DNA of 64,000 bases from Desulfatiglandales bacterium. Its GTDB lineage: Bacteria > Desulfobacterota > DSM-4660 > Desulfatiglandales > Desulfatiglandaceae. The notes under the pieces are model-generated. The model was not told the DNA's origin. It saw only the letters and a program-made list of their open reading frames with translations, and did not search any database. The stretch spans positions 7,744,001 to 7,808,000 of the forward strand of contig OY759599.1 in NCBI GenBank assembly GCA_963662465.1, in the 5' to 3' direction. Position numbers and translations under genes: made by a program. This document shows positions 17,049 through 29,384 of the stretch, one piece after another (positions within the stretch are counted from its first letter, which is position 1; the number at the start of each line of letters is the position of its first letter).

Positions 17049-18562
17049 TGGAGATCAGAGCTGCAGAAATAAGTGAGATAATCCGGGGTCAGATTAAAGA
17101 CTATGAAAAGAAGGTCGAAGTAAGTGAGACCGGAACCGTCTTGTCTGTGGGTGATGGCATCGCTCGCGTATACGGGATTGAGAAGGTCATGGCCATGGAG
17201 ATGGTGGAATTCTCCGGAGGCATCTATGGCCTTTGCCTTAATCTGGAAGAAGATAACGTGGGTGTCGCCATTATGGGCGATGACTCCAAAATTAAAGAGG
17301 GCGATACAGTCAAGAGGACCGGCAAAATTGCTGAAATCCCCGTGGGAGAGGCGGTTCTAGGTCGCGTTATTGATGCGGTGGGGCAGCCTCTTGATGGGAA
17401 GGGTCCCATTGAAGCAACTGAATTTAACCGGCTTGAGATGGTCGCGCCCGGCGTTATTGATCGGCAATCCGTTTCCGAGCCCATGTACACGGGTATCAAG
17501 GCAATTGACGCCATGACGCCGGTGGGAAGAGGCCAGCGCGAGTTGATCATCGGCGACAGGCAGATCGGGAAAACAGCCATCTGTGTGGATGCCATCATCA
17601 ATCAGAAGGATACGGATGTTTACTGCATTTATGTGGCGACGGGTCAGAAAAAGTCAACCGTTGCGCAAGTGGTTAATATCCTGGAAAAGCATGGGGCCAT
17701 GGCATACACAACTGTTGTAGCGGCGTGTGCCAGTGACCCGGCTACTCAGCAGTTTATTTCACCCTACGCCGGTTGCGCCATTGGAGAATACTACCGAGAC
17801 CAGGGAAAACATGCCCTGATTATTTATGACGATCTTTCAAAACAGGCCACCGCTTACCGCCAGGTCTCTCTTTTGCTCAGGCGGCCCCCCGGACGGGAGG
17901 CTTTTCCCGGGGATATTTTTTACAACCATTCCAGGCTGCTTGAACGGGCCGCCAAGGTTAATGATAAACTGGGGGCCGGGTCTCTGACGGCACTTCCGAT
18001 TATTGAAACCCAGGCAGGTGATGTTTCCGCGTATATTCCCACCAACGTGATTTCCATTACGGATGGTCAGGTTTATCTGGAGCCGAATCTGTTTTTCTCC
18101 GGCGTTCGTCCCGCCATTAACGTGGGTCTTTCCGTTTCCCGTGTGGGCGGCGCTGCTCAAACCAAGGCTATGCGGAAGGTTGCGGGTTCTCTTAAACTGG
18201 ATATGGCTCAGTTCAGGGAACTGGAAGCCTTTGCCGCTTTCGGTAGTGATCTTGACAAAGCGACACTGAAGCAGCTCGACCGCGGTCGCAGGTTGGTTGA
18301 AGTATTGAAACAGCCTCAGTTTCATCCCATGACCGCTGAGAAAGAGGTGGCTATCCTATATGCAGGTTCAAAAGGCTTCCTAGACAAATGGCCGGAAAGT
18401 TCGGTTGCCGATTATGAAAAACAGATGCTTGAGTTTATGAGCAGCAAGCATGCAGACGTTTTGGCCGATATCAAGGAAAAAGGTGATATTTCGGAGGAAA
18501 CGGACAATAAGCTGAAAAAGGCTCTGATGGAATTTGAGGGAATTTTTCAACCTGCGGCCTGA
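17048..18562 (+). CDS. atpA: ATP synthase F1 alpha
   Basis: [36 protein letters not shown]. Confidence 0.99.
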   Translation: MEIRAAEISEIIRGQIKDYEKKVEVSETGTVLSVGDGIARVYGIEKVMAMEMVEFSGGIYGLCLNLEEDNVGVAIMGDDSKIKEGDTVKRTGKIAEIPVGEAVLGRVIDAVGQPLDGKGPIEATEFNRLEMVAPGVIDRQSVSEPMYTGIKAIDAMTPVGRGQRELIIGDRQIGKTAICVDAIINQKDTDVYCIYVATGQKKSTVAQVVNILEKHGAMAYTTVVAACASDPATQQFISPYAGCAIGEYYRDQGKHALIIYDDLSKQATAYRQVSLLLRRPPGREAFPGDIFYNHSRLLERAAKVNDKLGAGSLTALPIIETQAGDVSAYIPTNVISITDGQVYLEPNLFFSGVRPAINVGLSVSRVGGAAQTKAMRKVAGSLKLDMAQFRELEAFAAFGSDLDKATLKQLDRGRRLVEVLKQPQFHPMTAEKEVAILYAGSKGFLDKWPESSVADYEKQMLEFMSSKHADVLADIKEKGDISEETDNKLKKALMEFEGIFQPAA

Positions 18563-18628
18563 TTCGCTTTATCCTTTTGAAAATGAAAAGGGCCATAAAC
18601 TTCAGATAACTAAAGAGAGAAAGGCCAC

Positions 18629-19510
18629 ATGGCAACCTTAAGTGATATTCAGAGGAAAATAGGCGCTGTTAAAAAAACGCGGCAAATTACCAAAGCCATG
18701 AATATGGTTGCTGCTTCCAAACTCCGCGGCGCCCAGATGAAAATGGAGAGCTTTGAGCCCTACGCAACGAAGTTTGCGGAAGTGCTTGGAAATCTGGCAA
18801 GCCGGATCGAAACGGATATTCATCCTCTGCTCGTGAAAAAGGAAAAGGTTTCCCGGGTGGAGTTGCTGCATTTTTCAGGCGATAAGGGCCTTTGCGGTAG
18901 TTTCAATACCAATTTGTTTCACCGGGCGGAAAAGTGGGTGAAGGAAGAAAAGGATAATGGCGTTAACATTGCCCTGACGGCGGTTGGAAAACGGGGCCGC
19001 GATTATTTTAAGAAAAGAGGGTATGACCTTATTGGAAGCCACGTTAATGCATATGGGAGTGTTGACATATCCTTTGTCAATCAGATCAGCAGAGGCATGA
19101 TTGACCGGTATCTTGCGGACGAAGTGGATAGCGTCTATATGATCTACAGTCGTTTTCTCGGTATGGGCAAACAGTTGCCTACATTGGTGAAACTGATTCC
19201 CGTTGAGCCGCCTGGGGTCAAAGGTGAAGAACGGTCAGGCGCTGACGAGGCAGAGTATCTTTGTGAGCCGGATCCCGAAGGTCTGATGATCGAGCTTTTA
19301 CCCAAACACATTAATGTGCAAATTTATAATGCATTCCTGCAAAACGAAACAAGTGAGCATGCCGCGCGTATGGCTGCCATGGATAATGCTTCCAGGAATT
19401 GTGACGATCTTGTAGAAAGTCTTACCCTTGCTTACAATAAAGCACGACAGGCGGCTGTTACTGCTGAATTGATGGACATTGTGGGTGGCGCCGCCGCCTT
19501 GAAGGGATAA
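18629..19510 (+). CDS. atpG: ATP synthase F1 gamma
   Basis: ITKAMNMVAASK, GLCGSFN, SEHAARMAAM, NKARQAAVT. Confidence 0.98.
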   Translation: MATLSDIQRKIGAVKKTRQITKAMNMVAASKLRGAQMKMESFEPYATKFAEVLGNLASRIETDIHPLLVKKEKVSRVELLHFSGDKGLCGSFNTNLFHRAEKWVKEEKDNGVNIALTAVGKRGRDYFKKRGYDLIGSHVNAYGSVDISFVNQISRGMIDRYLADEVDSVYMIYSRFLGMGKQLPTLVKLIPVEPPGVKGEERSGADEAEYLCEPDPEGLMIELLPKHINVQIYNAFLQNETSEHAARMAAMDNASRNCDDLVESLTLAYNKARQAAVTAELMDIVGGAAALKG

Positions 19511-19527
19511 CGGTTTTAACCATATAA

Positions 19528-20955
<1,428 letters not shown>

Positions 20956-20971
20956 ATAGAGGGGATAGTCC

Positions 20972-21382
20972 ATGGGAAAGCTGCATTTGGAAGTTGTTAC
21001 CCCTGAGAAGGTGATGGTGAGTCAAGAGGTGGACATTGTTGTTGCTCCTGGAACCATGGGTGAATTCGGCGTTTTGGGAGGACATGTACCCTTTCTTTCG
21101 GGAATTGAACCGGGTGAGCTGCGTTTTTCCAACGGCAATCAAACGGAACGGTTTTTTGTGACCACCGGATTTTCCGAAGTATCGGACGACAAAGTCTCGG
21201 TTCTGGTTGACGCTGCCGAAAAAGCCACGGAAATTGATTTGGAGCGGGCCCGGAAGGCTTTGGAAAGAGCCAAGGAAAGACTGGCTGCGGATCGGGGCAA
21301 GGACGATGTTGATTTTATGAGGGCTGAGGGTGCACTTAAGCGCGCTATTGTCCGAATTAGATTATCGGAAAAGAAAAATTAG
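20972..21382 (+). CDS. atpC: ATP synthase F1 epsilon
   Basis: LEVVTPE, GEFGVLGGH, GFSEV. Confidence 0.97.
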   Translation: MGKLHLEVVTPEKVMVSQEVDIVVAPGTMGEFGVLGGHVPFLSGIEPGELRFSNGNQTERFFVTTGFSEVSDDKVSVLVDAAEKATEIDLERARKALERAKERLAADRGKDDVDFMRAEGALKRAIVRIRLSEKKN

Positions 21383-21404
21383 CGAAATAAAAATCAATAA
21401 ACAT

Positions 21405-21442
21405 TAAAAAAAAGGCAAGCGGAATTGCGCTTGCCTTTTTTT
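21405..21442 (+). terminator. Intrinsic terminator after atpC
   Basis: A-run, GGCAAGCG stem / CGCTTGCC, then T-run. Confidence 0.85.
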
Positions 21443-21603
21443 ATGTATTGACCTTTCTTGATTTCAAAGATAGTATGCAGCGATGTTTATGATGAGGATA
21501 GTCGTTTAATTGAAAAATAATCGTAAGTGCTGAATTTAAAGTGACAGGGCTTTATATTCCTGACTTTTGTAGAATGTTTGACATGGAAGAGGTGTGGGTG
21601 ATT

Positions 21604-21885
21604 ATGGATACGGAGAATGAAAACAATCAGTATAATGTTTTAGAATCTTCCAATGCGGAGCATGAGGTTGATCAGTTTCAATTGCTTGAGGAGAGAGTTA
21701 ACGGCCTTATAGAAAAAATAATGGCTTTGAAAGTCGAAAAAGAAGCCCTTGAAGAAATGGTTTGCCTCGAGGAGGCGAAAGTTTCCGAATTGAAAACAGA
21801 AGTTGAGAAACTACGATCCGTCAGAAGTGATGCCAAGCAAAAGATTATGTCCCTTCTTGAAAAAATGGAACATGCTGCAAGCTAG
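21604..21885 (+). CDS. zapB: ZapB-like coiled-coil cell division protein
   Basis: Short coiled coil (FQLLEERVNGLI...IMSLLEKME) directly upstream of zapA; start uncertain. Confidence 0.7.
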   Translation: MDTENENNQYNVLESSNAEHEVDQFQLLEERVNGLIEKIMALKVEKEALEEMVCLEEAKVSELKTEVEKLRSVRSDAKQKIMSLLEKMEHAAS

Positions 21886-22040
21886 GGCAGTTGAGGCTGG
21901 TGGTGGTCTGAGTTGTTCATTGTGTGAGTGGAAAATCGCCAATGGGTTTTTGAACCTATGGTGGCCAAATAGTATGGCCCCTTAATCTTTTGAGAGGGAT
22001 TTAGTGCCTTGTTTTTTGGGTGCTTGGTAAACTCGGAGAT

Positions 22041-22319
22041 ATGAAAAATCCAATTCGAATCAGGATTCTGGACAATGAATATCTGCTGCGGAGCGATGAA
22101 GAGCCCGAGCAGGTGACTGAAATTGCTAAACTGGTCAATGATAAGTTGGATGAGGTCAGAAAAAACTCTGACAAACTTTCCGAGGGAAAAACGGCCATTT
22201 TGGCTGCATTTGATATTGCCGGTGATTATCTCCGTTTGCTTAAAGAACGAGATGTGTTGCTTCGGGATATTCAGGACCGTTGTCGGTTGATGAATCGGCA
22301 GATTAAATCCTTGGAATAG
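22041..22319 (+). CDS. zapA: Cell division protein ZapA
   Basis: IRILDNEYLL, IAKLVNDKL, AILAAFDIA; GGAG RBS. Confidence 0.9.
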   Translation: MKNPIRIRILDNEYLLRSDEEPEQVTEIAKLVNDKLDEVRKNSDKLSEGKTAILAAFDIAGDYLRLLKERDVLLRDIQDRCRLMNRQIKSLE

Positions 22320-22845
22320 AGATGCTTTCTCTTTTTTTTATTTTCCGGGATTGCTTTTTTTAATTGCCGAACGGAACATATTTTCGCTAGGTGGTGGCTA
22401 CGACGCTTGGCTTACCGGCCGGGATTTTTATATATTTGAGGGTCTGGGGATATTAGGACAAAACACGCGAAACGTGATAATATAATAAATAAAAAGAGTT
22501 TGTATTGAACATTGCCTGGATATTGAGATGGATGTGACGGTGATCCTGTAGCTGGGTCATCTATGCTTTTCTGTCCTTGTCGGGATGCATTAGAGGTCTG
22601 TGTTTGCCCTCCTTCCCCATAAATCGGGATGTGGTATTTTAACCCGATGTCCCTTCTTTTGCATTAGATAATCATATTCTAAAGCAACTTTTTTCGATTC
22701 TGGTGCTGGTGTAAACTTAGGTGGGTTGTGGTGTCCGCGCATTTTCTTGCTGGGGGCTCCCTGCCGGTTTAGTATATTTGCGTCTTAATTTGTTAGGCGT
22801 AAGAAAGACCCTCGATAAGCTGATTTTTAGGAGCAGAAAAGTATT

Positions 22846-24408
22846 ATGAGCTCATTGTATATGATAGCCATAGGTGGTGCGGGGCTGATCGTTGGGATAC
22901 TGTTCGGTTTTCTGGTTCGAAAGAAACTGGTGGAAAGTCGAATTGAAGCCATTGAAGAGTATTCAAGAAAGGTCTTGGCTGAAGCGCAGAAAGAAGCCAA
23001 GACAACAAAACGGGAGGCAGAACTTCAAGCTAAGGACACCTTGTATCAAATGAAGGTGGAATTCGAAAAGGAGAGCAAGGAAAAGAAAGATGAAGTGCTG
23101 GCTCAGGAAAAGCGGCTTCATCAGAAAGAAACGAATATCGATCACAAAATTGAGCAGCTTGAAAAACGGGAAGATCGGATTGCTGAAAAAGAAAAATCCG
23201 TTGTTAGAAATGAGCTTGAAAACAAGAAAAAGGAGGCGGAATATAACAAGCTTATTGCTGACCAGCGAATTGAGTTGGAAACGATGGCCGGTATGTCGGG
23301 GGAAGAGGCAAAGCAGCTTTTGGTTAAGTCCATGGAGATGGAGGCTAAGCACGATGCCGCCAAAATGATCAGACGCATTGAAAGTGAAACCAAAGCCGAA
23401 GCCGACAGAAAAGCTCAGGAAATTATCGCGCTCGCTGTCAAACGATATTCTGGAGACTATGCTGCCGAAAAAATTGTCTCCGTGGTTAATCTTCCCAGTG
23501 AAGAGATGAAAGGTCGAATTATCGGAAGAGAGGGGCGGAACATTCGTGCCATTGAAGCGGCGACCGGTATTGATCTGATCATAGATGATACGCCTGAGGC
23601 CGTCATTTTGTCCGGATTTAATCCGGTGCGAAGACAAATTGCAAAAATTTCATTGGAGAGATTGATTGAGGATGGCAGAATCCATCCGGCGCGGATTGAA
23701 GAGATTGTGGCAAAGGCGACCTTGGAAATTGAAAGCAGTATGAAAGAAGCCGGTGAGCAAGCTACTTTTGATGTGGGAGTACACGGCATTAATCAGGAAC
23801 TCGTCAAGCTTATCGGTCGTCTTAAGTACCGGTCGAGTTATGCACAGAATGTATTACAGCATTCCATGGAAGTTAGTTTCCTTTGCGGTATTATGGCCGC
23901 TGAATTGGGGCAAAATGTGAAACAGGCGAAACGCGCAGGTCTGCTTCACGATATTGGAAAGGCTGTGGATCATGAAGTTGAGGGCCCACATGCCACTATT
24001 GGAGCGGATCTTGCGAGGCGTTATGGTGAATCGAACCTGGTGGTTCATGCCATCGCGGCGCACCACGAAGATGTTGAGATGGAATCTGTTTTGGATGTGC
24101 TGGTTCAGGCAGCGGATACCCTTTCCGGGGCCAGGCCCGGCGCGCGTCAGGAAATGCTTGAAAGTTATGTCAAGCGGTTGGAAAAGTTGGAAACAATTGC
24201 CACATCGTTTCGCGGTGTCACCAAGTCTTTTGCGATTCAGGCCGGTCGCGAGATTCGGATCATGGTGGAAGGCAAAATTGTCAGCGACGAGCAGTCCAGT
24301 GTACTCTGTAGAGATATTGCAAAGAAAATTGAAAAAGAATTGACCTACCCGGGGCAAATCAGGGTGATTGTAATTCGTGAAACCCGTGCCGTCAGTTACG
24401 CCAAATAG
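22846..24408 (+). CDS. rny: Ribonuclease Y
   Basis: N-terminal TM, coiled coil, [12 protein letters not shown] (KH), LLHDIGK (HD), YPGQIRV. Confidence 0.98.
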   Translation: MSSLYMIAIGGAGLIVGILFGFLVRKKLVESRIEAIEEYSRKVLAEAQKEAKTTKREAELQAKDTLYQMKVEFEKESKEKKDEVLAQEKRLHQKETNIDHKIEQLEKREDRIAEKEKSVVRNELENKKKEAEYNKLIADQRIELETMAGMSGEEAKQLLVKSMEMEAKHDAAKMIRRIESETKAEADRKAQEIIALAVKRYSGDYAAEKIVSVVNLPSEEMKGRIIGREGRNIRAIEAATGIDLIIDDTPEAVILSGFNPVRRQIAKISLERLIEDGRIHPARIEEIVAKATLEIESSMKEAGEQATFDVGVHGINQELVKLIGRLKYRSSYAQNVLQHSMEVSFLCGIMAAELGQNVKQAKRAGLLHDIGKAVDHEVEGPHATIGADLARRYGESNLVVHAIAAHHEDVEMESVLDVLVQAADTLSGARPGARQEMLESYVKRLEKLETIATSFRGVTKSFAIQAGREIRIMVEGKIVSDEQSSVLCRDIAKKIEKELTYPGQIRVIVIRETRAVSYAK

Positions 24409-24412
24409 TGGA

Positions 24413-25135
24413 TCAGGCGTTTGAAGATCCCTCTAAAATTGGGGGCAATTGATGCAGTGCATCAAGCTCCACATCAGCTGGGAATAGCGTCATCGCTTCC
24501 TGTGAATCTTCACCGCCGCGGAGATACCCGGCCAGCATTCCCGCTCGACGGGCCGCGTTCACATCATTTCGAGAGTCCCCAATTAAGAGTGTCTCTCCAG
24601 GCTCTACGCCAATGGCTTTTGCCGCGGTTAGCAATCCTTCCGGATGTGGCTTAAGCCTGGAAACGTCATTTCTGGATATTACTACCCGAAGTAAACCGAA
24701 GAGCCCCAGCTTCTCCATGGCAGCTTCAAGCGACACTTTCCCTATGTTGCTGACGAGACCCATTTTGAACCCCTGGTTTCTGAGTTTCTTAAGTGTTTCC
24801 AGTGTATCGGGATAGCGTTTCCAGCGTGTCAAAGCATCCGCATCAAAATGGTCGTAAATGCTGTCCATGAGATCTTTTGCCCCAGTGGGCGACTTTTTAC
24901 CTTTTCCCTGCTCCGCCAGATCCAGCGTATGGTTATAAATGTGGGCATAGCCGGGTTTTTCCCCGTACCATTGCTGTTTATAACCGGCTTTGGAAAGGGC
25001 TTCCAGTGTTTCGGCAACAGCCGTCTCAAGCTGCCACTGGAAATCCACCAGAGTCCCTTCAAAGTCAAAAAAAACCTCTTTTATGGTGGTTATCTTCGCA
25101 AAAATGGCTGAATTGGGTTTTTCAAGATGGGTCAT
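24413..25135 (-). CDS. HAD family hydrolase (phosphoglycolate phosphatase-like)
   Basis: FFDFEGTL, GLVSN, KPHPEG, IGDSRND. Confidence 0.9.
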   Translation of the reverse strand: MTHLEKPNSAIFAKITTIKEVFFDFEGTLVDFQWQLETAVAETLEALSKAGYKQQWYGEKPGYAHIYNHTLDLAEQGKGKKSPTGAKDLMDSIYDHFDADALTRWKRYPDTLETLKKLRNQGFKMGLVSNIGKVSLEAAMEKLGLFGLLRVVISRNDVSRLKPHPEGLLTAAKAIGVEPGETLLIGDSRNDVNAARRAGMLAGYLRGGEDSQEAMTLFPADVELDALHQLPPILEGSSNA

Positions 25136-25601
25136 TAGGAGGCCTTTCAGTTACTTTTAAAAGATTCAAAAAGATGTCGTCCGATTTTTTTTGTCATACC
25201 TGACAGCATGGTTTTCGTCAAGTATGAAAAAGAGTAACGGAAATGATTTTCATTCGCAATTAAATGCGAATTTGCTTGCACTTTTTACAGTACAGCTATA
25301 ATGTAGCGCTATTGCAGCCATTTTTAAGGAATCTCGGAGCATATCTTCGAGAATGTTTAAGAAGTCTCTTTTTTGTTCCTGCATCTGGGGTTTATGAACG
25401 TTTCAAGCCCGTAAGGATAAGAAGGCCTTTTTACATGATATCAATGCAGGTTTTGCCTTGACAGGGTGTTAATACTCTCCTAGTCTCCAAAGGGCGTGCC
25501 CCTTTATTTTGGTTTAGGCGCCGCTTTTGAGTTTTTTTCCCTGTTTTTTTGATTGAAAATATGAATGGAATAAGCCGCCATTGCTGAAAGGAGGAGTCGT
25601 A

Positions 25602-26159
25602 ATGTCGAGAACGAAGTCCTATTTGGAAGGGATGCGAATCTTGGCTGTGGATGATGAAGAAGACGTTCTTGATACGATTGAGGAGGATCTGGAGTTTTCC
25701 CATATTGATAAGGCCTCGGATTATAACACTGCCAAGGCGAAGATCGCCAATGGGAAATATGATTTGGCCATTTTGGATATTATGGGTGTCGATGGTCTGA
25801 ATCTTCTTCAGGAGACCGTTTCAAAGGGGATTCCCACCATCATGCTGACCGCACATGCGATGAATGCAGATACGCTGATGACCTCTATTCAGCGGGGCGC
25901 CATTGCTTTTTTGCCGAAAGAAAAACTGGCAGACCTGGAACAATTGTTGTCGGGTCTCCTTGAAGCACATCATGCGGGTAAACCGACCTGGAAAATTCTT
26001 TTTGAAGAGCTGGGTGATCATTTCAATGAAAAATTCGGGCTGGGTTGGCAAGAAAAGCACGGTGATTTCTGGTCCAGGTTTAACCAAACCTATAGCGTCG
26101 GAAAGGGTATTCAAACCCGGCTGATGCATGATCGGAAAATATTGTCAAAGGGTGTTTGA
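25602..26159 (+). CDS. Response regulator receiver protein
   Basis: ILAVDDEED, LAILDIMGVDG, MLTAH, FLPK; AGGAGGAG RBS. Confidence 0.92.
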   Translation: MSRTKSYLEGMRILAVDDEEDVLDTIEEDLEFSHIDKASDYNTAKAKIANGKYDLAILDIMGVDGLNLLQETVSKGIPTIMLTAHAMNADTLMTSIQRGAIAFLPKEKLADLEQLLSGLLEAHHAGKPTWKILFEELGDHFNEKFGLGWQEKHGDFWSRFNQTYSVGKGIQTRLMHDRKILSKGV

Positions 26160-26296
26160 GTGGGTATTTCGATGTTTGAAAGGAGGTGACGCCGTAAAAT
26201 TTTTGAAAAATTCGGATTGAGGTCCATTGTGGCGCCTTGATCGGCCTGGTGAGAGGGCGATTCAGTTTGTTGAATCTCTGACAGAAAGGAGCAAAT

Positions 26297-27385
26297 GTGG
26301 CGATGAAAAAGCTATTTTTTTCTGTAGTGGTGTGTTTGGTAGGGGTTGTTATGATCTGTGGTGTGGGATGGGCAAAAAAGGCGCCTTCCCTGGATACATG
26401 GAAACCAGCCTTTGATCCATCGGGCGCAAAGTACAAATGTATGGTTTCAAATGTTTCTCATCCTGTCCTTAAGGGCGTCTTTGCCGGTTTTGCAATCCGC
26501 GATGAATTGTGGAAACGCACCAACGGGCAGATCTATTTTGACTTCAAACCCTTTTCCATGCTGGGGGGAGAGGTTGAAGTTCTGAATCAACTCCAGATGG
26601 GCGCCATTCAGGGTATGGCCTGTAGTTCCGTCGCATCAACCAATTTGGGGCCCCGGTTCGGGCTCATCAACCTTCCCTTTCTCGTGGATACTTTTGTCAA
26701 ATTGGATAAATTTGTCGATAGCGGTAAGCTCTTTGACCATTACATGAATGCCATGGACCACCAGGGGATCATGGGGTTGGATATTACCGGATACGGAAAT
26801 TACGGATGGGCGACTACCATTCCGGTCAGGAACATTGAGGAAGCCAAGCAAGTGAAATTCAGGATTGCGGAAGCCGCTGTCAATAAGATGCTCTACAAGG
26901 CCTGGGGCTTCAATCCCGTTGTGATGCCGTGGCCGGACGTGCCGGTCGCCTTGAAGCAGGGCGTTATTACCGGCCTGGACCATTCGCCCACGGTTTGCTA
27001 CATCACTAAAAAATTTGAAGTGGCAAAATATTTCACCAGGGTCAATTATGCTCAGGGGTTGTTTATCTGGATCTTTAACAAGGCCTGGTTCAATAAACTT
27101 CCCGCCGACCTTCAAAAAACCTTTAAGGATGTGGTCCACGAGATATGCGCCAAAACGCGTCAGGAGACCATTACTCAGGAAGCATGGGCCATCAAGGAAG
27201 CCAAGGCAAAGGCCGGCGTTACCTTTATCGACCTGTCCGAAGCGGATATGGCGACCCTGCAAAAAGAAGGCAATACGGTCTACAAGGATTTCGCTCCCCA
27301 AATCAACAAGCTTTACCCGGGTGACAAGTACCGCCCCAAGGATTTCCTGAAAGAAGTTCAGGTCTATTTGGGCTATAAGCCGTAA
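26297..27385 (+). CDS. dctP: TRAP transporter substrate-binding protein
   Basis: Signal peptide, LGGEVEVLNQLQMG, KFRI, PVVMPW..V..ALKQGVITG. Confidence 0.93.
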   Translation: MAMKKLFFSVVVCLVGVVMICGVGWAKKAPSLDTWKPAFDPSGAKYKCMVSNVSHPVLKGVFAGFAIRDELWKRTNGQIYFDFKPFSMLGGEVEVLNQLQMGAIQGMACSSVASTNLGPRFGLINLPFLVDTFVKLDKFVDSGKLFDHYMNAMDHQGIMGLDITGYGNYGWATTIPVRNIEEAKQVKFRIAEAAVNKMLYKAWGFNPVVMPWPDVPVALKQGVITGLDHSPTVCYITKKFEVAKYFTRVNYAQGLFIWIFNKAWFNKLPADLQKTFKDVVHEICAKTRQETITQEAWAIKEAKAKAGVTFIDLSEADMATLQKEGNTVYKDFAPQINKLYPGDKYRPKDFLKEVQVYLGYKP

Positions 27386-27444
27386 ACCTATCATGGGCGG
27401 GGTGGAGAGATTCTCTTCCCGCCCGTATTTTTTGGGGAGTAGAC

Positions 27445-27948
27445 ATGTTTCTAAAAGTGTTGGGCTTTTTTGATAAAGTGCTGGCTTTTATTGAGGATTG
27501 GACCCTGTTTATTGCCACCTTCGCCGCGTTACTTGCCCTTTTTGTAAATGTGGTTTTGAGGTACGGGTTCAATTATTCCCTGGCCTGGTCGGAAGAGCTG
27601 GTACGGGAAGTGATTATTCTAACGACCTTTATCGGATGCAGCGCCGCCATAAAGGCCCGTTCTATGATCAAGATTGACGCCCTGGTTCAATTGGTTCCAA
27701 TCCTGAAAACGCCTCTTGGCATTTTCAGCCATTTGATCACACTCCTGTTTTCCGGCATGATGGTGTATTATGGCTGGAAAATGGCGGCCCTTCAGATTAT
27801 GACGCAACAGAAAACCATCATACTTGAGATTCCTCTCGTGTATCTCTATGCGATTCTGCCTGTCATGGGGGTTATGATGTTTATTCGAACCGTTCACGTG
27901 ATGTATCAGGATTTTCTGGAAAAGCGGACTGAAGCGGAAGCGGCCTGA
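27445..27948 (+). CDS. dctQ: TRAP transporter small permease
   Basis: NVVLRY, WSEELVR, four TMs. Confidence 0.93.
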   Translation: MFLKVLGFFDKVLAFIEDWTLFIATFAALLALFVNVVLRYGFNYSLAWSEELVREVIILTTFIGCSAAIKARSMIKIDALVQLVPILKTPLGIFSHLITLLFSGMMVYYGWKMAALQIMTQQKTIILEIPLVYLYAILPVMGVMMFIRTVHVMYQDFLEKRTEAEAA

Positions 27949-28000
27949 TTGCAGACGTCGTTTTAGATATCCATCCCTATCCATTCGGAGATAAACTTTC

Positions 28001-29296
28001 ATGGAACTAAGCTATCTTGTTATCTTGCTTATCCTCCTCGGGTGTATGGCCGCGACGGTGCCGGTCTTTATGTGCCTCTTTTTTACCTCGGTCATGGGTT
28101 TTGTTCTTTTTACCGACTTGCCTGTCCTTGCGCTTGCTCAAAGCCTCTTTCGGAGTATGGATAAATTTGCCCTTGTGGTGGTTCTCTATTTCATACTTTG
28201 CGGCAATATTATGACAGCCGGGACCATTGTGGACAAACTCATCAAGGTGGCCAATGTGCTGGTCAGTTGGCTGCCCGGCGGACTGGGCATGGCGGGCGTC
28301 ATTGCCTGCGGCCTGTTCGGCGCCATATCCGGTTCTACCGTGGCCACGGTGGTCGCGCTGGGTGGTTTTATGATTCCCGCGCTCATGGAGAACGGGTACA
28401 ATGAAAAATATACGCTCGGCCTCATGACGACCTCCCCTAACCTGGGGGTGATTATCCCTCCCAGCATTGGGATGATACTCTATTGTATGATCAGTAATGT
28501 GTCTTTGGAGGGTCTCTTTTTGACCGGATTTGTACCCGGGTTTTTAATTATTGTCATAACGTGTATTTATTCCTATTTTTACTACCGAAAGAGAACCGAC
28601 TTTGTACGTATGCCCGTTCCCGACATGAAGCAGGTTCTTTCCGTCCTCAAAGAAGGATCCTGGTCCCTGATGTTGCCGGTGATTATTTTCGGCGGGATTT
28701 TTTCGGGCGCCTTCACCGCCAACGAAGCGGCGGTTGTGGCATGTGTGTTTGCCTTTGTGGTGGAACTCTTTATTCATAAATCCATTAAACTTCGAGATGT
28801 GAAAAGAATAACCGTCAGCTCCGCCGTCACTTCCGCGACCCTGTTAATCATTGTCGCGGGCGCAACCTGCTTTGGCCGTTATCTGACTTTGGAGTCCATT
28901 CCCAGCAAGATCACCGAGGCCGTTCTGTCCAGTATTCAATCTCCCATATTGTTTCTGGCGGTTCTGAATGTCCTGTTGCTGATTGTCGGCATGTTCATGG
29001 ATATTATTTCGGCGACCCTTATTCTGGGACCGGTGTTTTTGCCCATGCTTGACGCGTTCGGCATTAATCCCATGCATTTTGGATTGATATTGACCGTTAA
29101 CCTTGCCATTGGCTATTGTACGCCGCCCATGGGGGTCAGTTTGTACATCACGGGGTCCATTGCCAATCGAGATCTGGTTTATGTTTCAAAAGCGGTGATG
29201 CCGTTTTTGGCCATACAGATCGGGGTGTTGATTTTGATGACCTACTGGCCGGAACTTGTATTGTGGTTGCCCGGAAAATTCGGTTACTTGAATTGA
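28001..29296 (+). CDS. dctM: TRAP transporter large permease
   Basis: FGAISGS, IIPPSI, FTANEAA, TPPMGVSL. Confidence 0.95.
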   Translation: MELSYLVILLILLGCMAATVPVFMCLFFTSVMGFVLFTDLPVLALAQSLFRSMDKFALVVVLYFILCGNIMTAGTIVDKLIKVANVLVSWLPGGLGMAGVIACGLFGAISGSTVATVVALGGFMIPALMENGYNEKYTLGLMTTSPNLGVIIPPSIGMILYCMISNVSLEGLFLTGFVPGFLIIVITCIYSYFYYRKRTDFVRMPVPDMKQVLSVLKEGSWSLMLPVIIFGGIFSGAFTANEAAVVACVFAFVVELFIHKSIKLRDVKRITVSSAVTSATLLIIVAGATCFGRYLTLESIPSKITEAVLSSIQSPILFLAVLNVLLLIVGMFMDIISATLILGPVFLPMLDAFGINPMHFGLILTVNLAIGYCTPPMGVSLYITGSIANRDLVYVSKAVMPFLAIQIGVLILMTYWPELVLWLPGKFGYLN

Positions 29297-29384
29297 CGGT
29301 TTGCGGGATAAATAATGTTATTTTAAAAAAGTTTTTATCTTGGTATCTTAATTTGCGAAAGATTTTTAGAAGGAGAACAAACGG

